From Nitrospirota bacterium (lineage in GTDB: Bacteria > Nitrospirota > UBA9217), in contig CAWBNQ010000001.1 in NCBI GenBank assembly GCA_963790205.1, positions 512,001-576,000 of the forward strand: a DNA stretch of 64,000 nucleotides. The letters are read 5' to 3'. The position numbers were made by a program, and so were the translations under genes. The notes below the pieces were generated by a model. The model saw nothing but the letters and a program-made list of their open reading frames with translations. It did not search any database and was not told where the DNA came from. This document shows, one piece after another, positions 49,613 to 58,117 of the stretch (position 1 is its first letter; each line of letters opens with the position of its first letter).

Positions 49613-50721
49613 CCATCCTCAAAAAGCACGGGGTTGACTTCACCGCCTCGCTTCCCTGCGAGAAGATCAAGACCCTCCTCGAGATAGTGGGTCTGTCTTT
49701 CTTTCACGTACCCCTGACAAGAGAAGAAGAAGGCGTCGGCATCTCCGCCGGGGCCGCGCTCTCGGGCAGAAGACCAGCCCTCTTCGTCCAGAGCTCGGGG
49801 CTGGGGAACATGATCAATGCCCTGCTTTCGCTCACGCAGTTCTACGAGCTTCCGCTCGCGCTGTTCGTCAGCAGGCGGGGGGTCTACAAGGAAAAGATCG
49901 AGGCCCAGGTCCCCATGGGTCAGAAGCTCCCCGGAATCCTCGCGGGCGCGGGAATCACGTACTCAAAAATAAACACAAAAAACGACATCAACCTGATGGA
50001 CCGGGAACTTCAGGAGGTCTACGGCAAAAACAGGATACATGCGTTCCTGATGAGCCCTGAAGTGTGGGAGGGGTCGAAGTGCGGGGGAGCAGATGCAGGA
50101 AGCAAGATACAGAATAATCAGGATGTTGTTCATCGTCCGCCGTCCGTCGTCCATCATCCATCGCGCGCCACCCTCACCCGGTACGATATCATCAGAATCC
50201 TCGCGCCGTATCTTGAAGGTAAGGCCGTAGTGAGCAATCTCGGCTGGCCCTCCAAGGAACTCTACGCCGTAAAACACCAGCCCTCGAACTTTTACATGCT
50301 CGGAAGCATGGGCATGGCCACGCCCATCGGTCTCGGCATTGCGCTCACGTCATCGAAGGAAATCATCGTGATCGACGGCGACGGCAGCCTGCTCATGAAT
50401 CCCGGCACGCTGGCAACGGCCGCCGACCGTGCGCCGCGAAATCTCACGATCGTCGCGATCGACAACAACGCCTACGGCTCCACGGGAAACCAGCCGACGT
50501 TAACGGGGACATGCGTTGATCTCGAAGCCGTCGCGCGCGGGTTCGGGTTCAGGAATACCGTTAAGGTTTCGAGTGAAGAGCAGATTGTGGAAACGATGAA
50601 ACAGCGAGAAGGTTTGACGTTTATTCACGCCCTGGCGATTCCCGGGAACAAGGACGTGCCGAATATCCCCGTGCATCATCTGGAGATCAAAAAGCAGGTG
50701 CAGGAGTTTCTGAAAAAGTGA
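49585..50721 (+). CDS. comDE: Fused sulfopyruvate decarboxylase ComD-ComE
   Basis: LPCEKIK, LTREEEGVGI.AGA, QSSGLGN; then SNLG.PSKEL, NFYMLGSMG and the TPP motif DGDGSLLMN...DNNAYGSTG. Overlaps cysteate synthase. Confidence 0.88.
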   Translation: MPRPEEELITILKKHGVDFTASLPCEKIKTLLEIVGLSFFHVPLTREEEGVGISAGAALSGRRPALFVQSSGLGNMINALLSLTQFYELPLALFVSRRGVYKEKIEAQVPMGQKLPGILAGAGITYSKINTKNDINLMDRELQEVYGKNRIHAFLMSPEVWEGSKCGGADAGSKIQNNQDVVHRPPSVVHHPSRATLTRYDIIRILAPYLEGKAVVSNLGWPSKELYAVKHQPSNFYMLGSMGMATPIGLGIALTSSKEIIVIDGDGSLLMNPGTLATAADRAPRNLTIVAIDNNAYGSTGNQPTLTGTCVDLEAVARGFGFRNTVKVSSEEQIVETMKQREGLTFIHALAIPGNKDVPNIPVHHLEIKKQVQEFLKK

Positions 50722-50882
50722 TCGGCCTACCCATGTATACCGCGTGGTTTTAACTGACAGTATAAGAGTGAAGGATTACCTCGAACTCTTGCCTATCCAT
50801 TTGACGTGTCTTTGCTTAGCTCACCTACTACTTCGCAGAGCAGGTTGTAAAATAATATGAGAATTTCCAGCAGTAACTCACG

Positions 50883-50939
50883 CTTGAACGCGCGCCTGAC
50901 GCGCCGCAGGGCGCGTCGCTGTCGAGGCGCTTGTTATTT
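50883..50939 (-). other. Integron attC site
   Basis: Minus strand: AAATAAC-AAGCGCCTCGAC..CGCG...GCGTCAGGCG-CGC-GTT; overlaps the stop codon. Confidence 0.75.
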
Positions 50940-51218
50940 TTTTAATAAGGTTGGGACTCCGTTATTGAAGTAATAGTAACCACATGTTTCTGAAATTATA
51001 ATTAAGCTGATGAAGCCGCCAAATGCCAACAGAACACCTATGATTAGCATTGACTTCTCAGTTTTAGAATATTCTCTTATCGCTGCAATTGGATTAAGAA
51101 TAAGAAGCTTTCGAGTCCTGGTCTGATATAAGATCGGCGCTAAAACGAGTAGAATTAATCCAGCAAAGAAACTGAGAAACGACGGAATAAGATGCTTGTT
51201 GATTAATAACCAATCCAT
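50934..51218 (-). CDS. Cassette-borne small membrane protein
   Basis: Two hydrophobic segments; RBS GAGGAGG; AT-rich; bounded by attC sites. Confidence 0.7.
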   Translation of the reverse strand: MDWLLINKHLIPSFLSFFAGLILLVLAPILYQTRTRKLLILNPIAAIREYSKTEKSMLIIGVLLAFGGFISLIIISETCGYYYFNNGVPTLLKK

Positions 51219-51253
51219 AGCTATTTCTATTCCTCCTCAGGTGTTTCTCTTAG

Positions 51254-51312
51254 ATATAACACACGGGTCACGCGCCGCCTGTGGCGCGACACTGTGGACT
51301 CGCATGTTGGAT
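51254..51312 (-). other. Integron attC site
   Basis: Minus strand: ATCCAAC...GAGTCCAC..CGCGCC-ACA-GGCGGCGCGTGACCC...GTTATAT, with an extrahelical C. Confidence 0.8.
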
Positions 51313-51318
51313 ACGTCT

Positions 51319-51772
51319 TCAGAAAAACTTACGAACAACATTTTCGAGCAAATATTGCTCAAATTCATAGTCATTGAACTTCAGTCCATCTTTTCTAGGT
51401 TTTGACGTAGGATCGGTTGACATAAAGAAATGGTATCTGCCTTCAGGGTGTTGCTGTGCGAGCTTTGGTAAGAGCATCGTTTCAACGAGCCACACCCTTT
51501 CTCTTTCGAGCTCAACGAACGCAAGCAAATCAGAGGGTGAATTTTCTGGAACCCACCAATCAATTGAAAGCTTGCCTTTACCACCCCCGGGTTTTGGTTT
51601 CTGATTCGTTTTAACCTAGATCGTAACAGCCATATTCTTTTTATTGGAAAAAGCAACAAGGTCAATGCCAGCATCGGTAGTTAATGGCGCGGACTCAATC
51701 CCATTTGAAAGAAGTCTATACTGAACAATAAGCTCTCCGCACTTCCCGATTTGTTGAGTGGTTAGTTTCAAT
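51319..51772 (-). pseudogene. PD-(D/E)xK-like nuclease with in-frame amber stop
   Basis: G..GE..V...L...GIDLVAF...VTI*VKTNQKPKPGG. The two ORFs are in the same frame, separated only by TAG at 51616-51618. Confidence 0.7.
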
Positions 51773-51815
51773 TTACGCACCTCCAATGATGACCGGTATT
51801 GAGCCGCATTGGGAG

Positions 51816-52340
51816 TCATCTCTCTGAATCAACATTGAACCAGGGGCGCCACTTGCCAATTAGAAGATCTTCTTTGAAGAACCGCTCTGCAATGTCATTT
51901 GATGAATAGACGGCATAACTGAATCCGACGCTCTTGGCAATAAGGGCCAGTGGCTTCTTCTCATTGGGGAAAATGTGTTCAATTCCGTAACGCAATTGAC
52001 AGCTCGTAGTGGCGGCCTTTTGTTTCCTGCCCGTTTTAGGTATGGTATGAACGCGACCCGAAGAACCTCTCAACAAATGCTGCCCAAAGCGCTTTCTCAG
52101 ATTGGTTGACTTCCCAACATAAAGGCAGGGATAGATTAGGTCTTTAGGCCACCAATCGCCAAAATGGACAGCAACCTCATTGCCACCAGGGCCAGCTAAA
52201 ACAATGCGTGTGTTCGCTGCAAGAAGCTTCGAGCGTTTGTCGATCCACCAGAAAGCATAAACGCCGGGATCCCCTGGAACCTCAAGCCGCGACCTTCGAG
52301 TTATGGTTTCAATGCTTTTTATGTTGCGTTTCAAATTCAT
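51816..52340 (-). CDS. GIY-YIG nuclease family protein
   Basis: PGVYAF...LYVGKSTNLRKRFGQH...E..LI...P.FN. Confidence 0.8.
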   Translation of the reverse strand: MNLKRNIKSIETITRRSRLEVPGDPGVYAFWWIDKRSKLLAANTRIVLAGPGGNEVAVHFGDWWPKDLIYPCLYVGKSTNLRKRFGQHLLRGSSGRVHTIPKTGRKQKAATTSCQLRYGIEHIFPNEKKPLALIAKSVGFSYAVYSSNDIAERFFKEDLLIGKWRPWFNVDSER

Positions 52341-52346
52341 CGGGAT

Positions 52347-52405
52347 GCCCAGCAAATAAATCAGTGGCGCATCTTATTTGCAGCCGCTGAATTATTAAGT
52401 TAGCG
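52347..52405 (-). other. Integron attC site (R' degenerate)
   Basis: Minus strand: CGCTAAC...TCAGCGGC...GCCACTGA...GCTGGGC; overlaps the stop codon. Confidence 0.65.
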
Positions 52406-53140
52406 GGGATAGTTCAACTCACCTTTTTCATTAAAAATGATATCGTGAATACCGGCGAAATAAAGATCAAGCAAATCACTTAATGCACTTTTATTGCGTT
52501 GAATTATATCTATCCAATGACGTCGAGCATCTTGATAGGCAATATCGTAATGCGTTACAAAATCTGGTTCATCCCCGAACCGAGCAAGAAGTTCTAAAGA
52601 TGCCAACCTATCCAAATACTTATCCGAAAATCGTGCATGGTGTACATGTGAGCCGCGAGTTTCGATTAAACCAGATAACGAATTATTCACTAGATCGGTT
52701 ATAACCGTGGCTTTTTGCTTTGTGACACTCTCCTTGATAGTTCCTCGATATTGCCGTTGAATAATTTTCAAGTAAGATAAGAGACGTTCTTTGAGTATGT
52801 AAATTTCATGCAGATAGGCTTCGACATGTTGCCTTAGATATCGCTCTTTGGTGACTGAGGATTTAGCGAAGGGGAAAGTTTCTAGATAGACTTCAACATC
52901 CTGCAAGATTTCAAATGACTTATAGATTTCCGTAAATCCATAAAATATTTTTCGAAAAAAAAGCTCATTGCCTGAGAATTCCCTATTCAAAGTTGTGGGT
53001 CCATTATGGCCTAAGAGGTGATTATTAAGAACGGTTTCAAAATCGCCTCGATTGTCGCGAAGTATCTGCAAAGCGGCCTTGGAAGCAGTTTCTGCCATTA
53101 AGGACAAGAATTTATCGAGTGCACCTGTTACTTTATCCAA
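52400..53140 (-). CDS. HEPN-like protein (Cthe_2314-like)
   Basis: Helical, AT-rich; YI..ERL; RGSHVH (Rx4H). Confidence 0.65.
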   Translation of the reverse strand: MDKVTGALDKFLSLMAETASKAALQILRDNRGDFETVLNNHLLGHNGPTTLNREFSGNELFFRKIFYGFTEIYKSFEILQDVEVYLETFPFAKSSVTKERYLRQHVEAYLHEIYILKERLLSYLKIIQRQYRGTIKESVTKQKATVITDLVNNSLSGLIETRGSHVHHARFSDKYLDRLASLELLARFGDEPDFVTHYDIAYQDARRHWIDIIQRNKSALSDLLDLYFAGIHDIIFNEKGELNYPR

Positions 53141-53481
53141 TATTTACTCCACTATTGCGGGTCGTTTCTGTTTATAGTAGCGCCCGATCTCATAATCTTT
53201 CAAAGAAATATACCCTGTGTTTATCTAGCCGTCTCCGGCTAGGAAAGATCGATTTTTCGGTATTTACCAGTTTAGCAATGATTGTGCCCAGTTTCGATAA
53301 TTTAAAAGACTATATTCCTGATCGACGCTATTGTCAATCACCGGGGAGGGTATTGGCGGGGTATCATCGGTTGTTTAGTCCCGGATGTACTATTGACTGT
53401 TTCTGAGAGTGGAAACTCCACTAGTGCAGGAAGATTTCTTGACTACTAACTTCAAAAACATTACCGCTTCTTCATGAAATT

Positions 53482-53814
53482 TCATAGTCCTCCAAGTAAC
53501 TTGTAATACTCCTTGATTGTACGAATGGATTCCATCGTAGTTCGGAACAAGATCCAACTGAGAACAAGGATCACAATGGTGAGCCCGATCTTCCATGCCC
53601 GCGTCGTCTGTGGACGCCACCAAATCAGCGGCAACGCCAGAGGCCCGACGGATAAGACCGCGATGACAATAAAGGACTTTCCGAAATACCATGGGATCTT
53701 TTCTTGTGCAAAGCCGGGGCGGGTGGAGGCATCCAGAAACTCACCGCAGTGTTTACACTTTATAGCGGCGTCTTGAATATCTTCAGCGCAAAAGGGACAC
53801 TTTTTCATTATCAT
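53482..53814 (-). CDS. Zinc-ribbon membrane protein
   Basis: CPFCAE.I...AIKCKHCGE plus two TM segments. Confidence 0.8.
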   Translation of the reverse strand: MIMKKCPFCAEDIQDAAIKCKHCGEFLDASTRPGFAQEKIPWYFGKSFIVIAVLSVGPLALPLIWWRPQTTRAWKIGLTIVILVLSWILFRTTMESIRTIKEYYKLLGGL

Positions 53815-53923
53815 CTCTCTCGGCAGAATCATGTGCTGAGGGGCGCGGCGTTTTTTGTTGAGTCCCGCTCGGACGACAAGCTAGAAATCGTTCCGCCACC
53901 CTGGCTTTGCTTACACGTGATTC

Positions 53924-54520
53924 CTACAATTTTCCCGTCTTTTGATATTCCTCGACATAAACCTTGATTGCCCGAAGGATGATCCAGTCCATCGTAACAC
54001 TATTGTTCTTTGCAATTTGAATGAGCGCGTCGACCAGCTCCTTATCGATCGTAGGCTGATCAACAGGTTGAGGGGTGGTAGTCTCTTCCGGCGGCTTTAT
54101 CTCTTCACCGGGCATCCTTTTCTGATGCTCTCTGCGAAGAAGGTCCATAAGCCCTCTTACATCACCGCCCTGGATCGCTTTTTTTACCTCCTCCGGCACC
54201 TCTTCCGCGGAAGGTGTCTGACTTGAGGCCGCGTTTTCCGGAGGCAGCGGCTGCTCCCTGTTCTCAGGCGAATGCGAGAAAGCGGGAGCGCCTCCCGGGG
54301 GCATCATCCCCGTCATGCCCATCATCATGGTGGCCAGGTTTCGCGCGTATTCGTTATCCGGCATTTCCTGTTTCAGAAATTCCTCGAGCTTTCCCTCTGC
54401 CATGGCCGCGGCCATGCGGTCCGCGAGCAGCGCGCCCTGTTCCTCCTCCTGCCCAAACTGTTTTTTTCTTCCGAAGGCCGTGTTGGGCGGCTTCGGCAAT
54501 GGTTTTTCCTTCTTTGACAT
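53924..54520 (-). CDS. Hypothetical protein
   Basis: 198-aa ORF with plausible codon usage; possible RHH-like C-terminus. Confidence 0.65.
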   Translation of the reverse strand: MSKKEKPLPKPPNTAFGRKKQFGQEEEQGALLADRMAAAMAEGKLEEFLKQEMPDNEYARNLATMMMGMTGMMPPGGAPAFSHSPENREQPLPPENAASSQTPSAEEVPEEVKKAIQGGDVRGLMDLLRREHQKRMPGEEIKPPEETTTPQPVDQPTIDKELVDALIQIAKNNSVTMDWIILRAIKVYVEEYQKTGKL

Positions 54521-54956
54521 ATCGACTAACCTTTCCTGGCGATTTGCGTATTCCCGGATTTATTCCTTGTTTTCCTTCGCGCCTTCGCGGGAAATTATTT
54601 TGTTTGCTCTGTGTCGTTACGCTTCTTTGATAGATACGAAGAAAAATAGGGCTTGATCGCGTTGAATGTTTTTGTCGAGCTGTTTTTAAACCGGTAAGAA
54701 TAAGCGATTCTGATAAGATCGGTCATGAAGCCCTCACTTCGTTACCATTACATTATACCCCGGCAGGTGCGATGTCAAGACAGCCGGTTTCCGGACGCCG
54801 CATTCGGGGATGACGATCTCGTGGTCAATCGATACTACTTTGATATGATTGATATCCTCACTTGCGAAGGATCAGCTCTTATGCCATAAAAATTATTGCA
54901 CTCGACACCAAGATGAGGTACATTGTACGGCACATCACCGAACAAAAGGAGATCCA

Positions 54957-55385
54957 ATGGCACAGGCAAAAAAGGGAGACACGGTCCAGGTGCATTACAC
55001 CGGAAAACTGGAGGACGGCACCGTGTTCGATACATCGCGGGAGCGGCATCCGCTCCAGTTCACGCTCGGCAACGGCCAGGTGATCGCCGGGTTCGAGAAC
55101 GCGATAACCGGCATGAATGTCGGCGAGTCAAAGACCGCGATAATTCCGGTGGAGCAGGGCTATGGTCCGCGGCGTGACGATATGATCGTCACCGTAAAGA
55201 GGGACCAGCTTCCACCGGACCTGCCAGCCAAGGTCGGTCAGCGGCTCGAGATCACCCAGACCGACGATCAGGTCATGCTCGTCACCGTAACGGGCGTCAC
55301 GGAATCGAGCATCACGCTCGACTCCAATCATCCCCTCGCGGGAAAAACCCTGACCTTCGACCTCGAGCTGGTGGGTATCATCTGA
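54957..55385 (+). CDS. FKBP-type peptidyl-prolyl isomerase (SlyD/SlpA-like)
   Basis: VHYTGKLEDGTVFDTS, NHPLAGKTLTFD. Confidence 0.93.
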   Translation: MAQAKKGDTVQVHYTGKLEDGTVFDTSRERHPLQFTLGNGQVIAGFENAITGMNVGESKTAIIPVEQGYGPRRDDMIVTVKRDQLPPDLPAKVGQRLEITQTDDQVMLVTVTGVTESSITLDSNHPLAGKTLTFDLELVGII

Positions 55386-55627
55386 ACCTTTCGGACAGAG
55401 CAAGCGCCAGGTCCCAACGCCCCGCATCTTTGCGGGGCGTTACTTCCTCGCTCAGCCATTCAGCAGTAAAATCTAGCTTATAGCCGGTAAGCCGGCCATC
55501 CGAAACGCCCTATCTCACGAGCTTTGTAATTTTTTTCTCCTCTTCCGTGGTAATATATGTTTAGAGCTACCGGCTGGATACAAATAATACTTTGTTCTTA
55601 TCCCCGGTATGTTCATGGTGAAACGGG

Positions 55628-57751
55628 ATGAAACGAATTATTGCAACCTTTTCCCTGTTCCGAATAGTCTTCCTCTACCTCCTTTTCGGCGGCCTCTGGA
55701 TCACGGTGTCAGACCGGGTCCTCGAGGCGCTCGTTACGGATGAGCACAAGTTCACACGTCTGCAGACCTATAAGGGATGGTTTTTTGTTGCGGCAAGCGC
55801 TTTACTCCTCTATCTTGTCACCCGCCGGGAATTCAGACACCGCGAGCGGGCCGAGGCTGCGCTCCGCGATTCCGAGGAAAAATACCGGATGCTCATGCAG
55901 CACGCGAACGACGGCGTCGTTATCGCCGACGCGGAGACCGGCTCGATCCTCGACGTGAACCAAAGGATCGAGGAACTGACCGGCCGGCCCGCGGGCGACC
56001 TCATCGGAAAACACATCGCGGAGCTTCATCCGGACCGGGAAAGGGACCGCTGCCGGAAGCTGTTTCAGGATGTCGTGGAGCGGGAAAGCACCATCAGGGG
56101 AGACCTTTGCGTAGTGCATCGTGGCGCAAAAGATATCGATGTCCCCGTCGAGATAAGCGCCAGCATCGTGGAGATCAACGGGAGGAAGATCGTCCAGGGC
56201 ATCTTTCGGGACATTACGCGGCGCCTGGCCGCCGAAGAGGCCGAGCGAAAAGAGAAGGAACGGGCCGAGCAATATCTTGATGTGGCGGGGGTCGTGATCC
56301 GGGTCCTCGATCGCACGGGGAACGTAATCCTTATCAACAGAAAAGGCGGTGAAATTCTTGGATACGAAGAAGAGGAGATCGTCGGCAAAAACTGGTTTGA
56401 TGCTTTTGTCCCGGAACGGTCGAGGAACGAGATTCGCGCGGTCTTCAATGGACTGATAAACGGAGAACTCGGGTACGCCGAATATTATGAGAACCCGGTT
56501 ATTACCCGGAGCGGTGAGGAACGGCTGATCGCCTGGCACAATTCCCTGCTCAAGGACAACGCGGGACAGGTGATCGCTACGCTCAGCTCAGGCGAGGACA
56601 TCACGGTTCGCAAAAAAGCGGAAAAGCAGGCCCAATATCGGCTCGAACACCTCTCCGCGCTTCATACCATCGATATGATCATCAGTTCGAGCCTGGACCT
56701 CAGAGAGACTCTCCGGGAATTCCTCGACCTTGTAATCATTCAGCTTCATGTCGATGCCGCCGATGTCCTGCTGCTGAACCCGCACACGCAGATGCTTGAA
56801 TATGCCGCGATGCAAGGCTTTCGAAAGGCGGGTATTCAACACTCCCGACGCCGGCTCGGAGAGGGCATTGCCGGCCGCGCCGCCCTCGAACACCGCAGCA
56901 TCGGAATTCCGAATCTCCTGAATCGGGCCGGCGGTTCCGTGCGGGCGCCGCTCCTCGAAGGGGAGGGGTTCGTCGGCTACTACGTTGTTCCGCTCGTTGC
57001 CAAAGGGCGCGTCATGGGCGTACTCGAGGTCTTGCACCGCTCGCCGCTTATCTTTGACGAAGAGGGGAAGGGCTTCCTCGAAGCGCTCGCCGCGCAGGCC
57101 GCTATCGCCATCGACAATGCCACGCTGTTCAATGACCTTCAGCAATCCAATGCCAGGCTCGTCCTCGCCTACGACACCACGATCGAAGGCTGGGCCCGGG
57201 CCCTTGAGTTGCGCGACCAGGAGACCCAGGGCCATACCCAGCGCGCCGCGGAGATGACGCTGCGCCTCGCCCGAGCCATGGGCATGACCGAGGAGGAGCT
57301 CGTGCACGTGCGCCGCGGGGCGATGCTCCACGACATCGGCAAGATGAGCATCCCCGACAGCATCCTGCTCAAGACCGGCCCGCTCAGCAAGGAAGAATGG
57401 GCGATCATGCGCCGCCACCCGGCCTATGCCTTCGAGCTTCTCTCGCCGATCGCCTACCTCCGGCCGGCCCTCGATATCCCGTACTGCCACCACGAGCGGT
57501 GGGACGGCGCCGGCTATCCGCGCGGCCTGAAAGGCGAGCAGATTCCTCTTGCCGCGCGCATCTTTGCGCTGGCCGATACCTGGGACGCGCTCTACTCCGA
57601 ACGGCGCTACCACCCTGCCTGGCCGGAAGACCGCGTGCGGAAGCACATCCGCTCTCTCGCCGGCACCCAGCTGGACCCGAAGGTCGTCGAGGTGTTCCTC
57701 CGCATGGAGCAGGAGCTCAAGGAACAAATTCAGGAAAACGTGAAGACCTGA
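55628..57751 (+). CDS. Membrane PAS-PAS-GAF HD-GYP phosphodiesterase
   Basis: LHDIGK, HHERWDGAGYP, two PAS domains and a GAF domain. Confidence 0.93.
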   Translation: MKRIIATFSLFRIVFLYLLFGGLWITVSDRVLEALVTDEHKFTRLQTYKGWFFVAASALLLYLVTRREFRHRERAEAALRDSEEKYRMLMQHANDGVVIADAETGSILDVNQRIEELTGRPAGDLIGKHIAELHPDRERDRCRKLFQDVVERESTIRGDLCVVHRGAKDIDVPVEISASIVEINGRKIVQGIFRDITRRLAAEEAERKEKERAEQYLDVAGVVIRVLDRTGNVILINRKGGEILGYEEEEIVGKNWFDAFVPERSRNEIRAVFNGLINGELGYAEYYENPVITRSGEERLIAWHNSLLKDNAGQVIATLSSGEDITVRKKAEKQAQYRLEHLSALHTIDMIISSSLDLRETLREFLDLVIIQLHVDAADVLLLNPHTQMLEYAAMQGFRKAGIQHSRRRLGEGIAGRAALEHRSIGIPNLLNRAGGSVRAPLLEGEGFVGYYVVPLVAKGRVMGVLEVLHRSPLIFDEEGKGFLEALAAQAAIAIDNATLFNDLQQSNARLVLAYDTTIEGWARALELRDQETQGHTQRAAEMTLRLARAMGMTEEELVHVRRGAMLHDIGKMSIPDSILLKTGPLSKEEWAIMRRHPAYAFELLSPIAYLRPALDIPYCHHERWDGAGYPRGLKGEQIPLAARIFALADTWDALYSERRYHPAWPEDRVRKHIRSLAGTQLDPKVVEVFLRMEQELKEQIQENVKT

Positions 57752-58117
57752 TTCAGGATCTCAAACTTATAAAAAGACGTTTCGGGAAGTTCACGATCCT
57801 TTGTTTTTTTTCTGCACCGCTGTTCTCCGGTCCGCGCAGGCATGCCGATTTAACCTCTGGTTTTTCAGATCGCTTCACCCACCCGCAGCACTTTCGCTGC
57901 GCCCCGTGCTGCTCTGGCACTTTGGGTTTATCACTTTTTTCGAAGCATGCTGGTGCACGATGCAGGGATATTTGCACTGCGGAAGAGCCGAGAGTCAGGT
58001 TCAAACGAGAAAAGAAAAACGTTCCGCCCCGGATGACCCCGGGCGGAACGATGGAGAGCTGGCAGTATTTATCGAGCTGTTCAAAAAAGACCTCTCTCGC
58101 ACTTCTGCGGGAGGTCT

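Noticed and set aside
38141..50721. Methanogenesis or an archaeal contaminant contig
   Set aside because: No mcr or other mtr subunits in the window, and the sigma54 promoter and shared intergenic repeats tie the cluster to the bacterial flanks.
57760..58110. Possible ncRNA or riboswitch between the HD-GYP gene and yidC
   Set aside because: Only small hairpins; no recognisable consensus.
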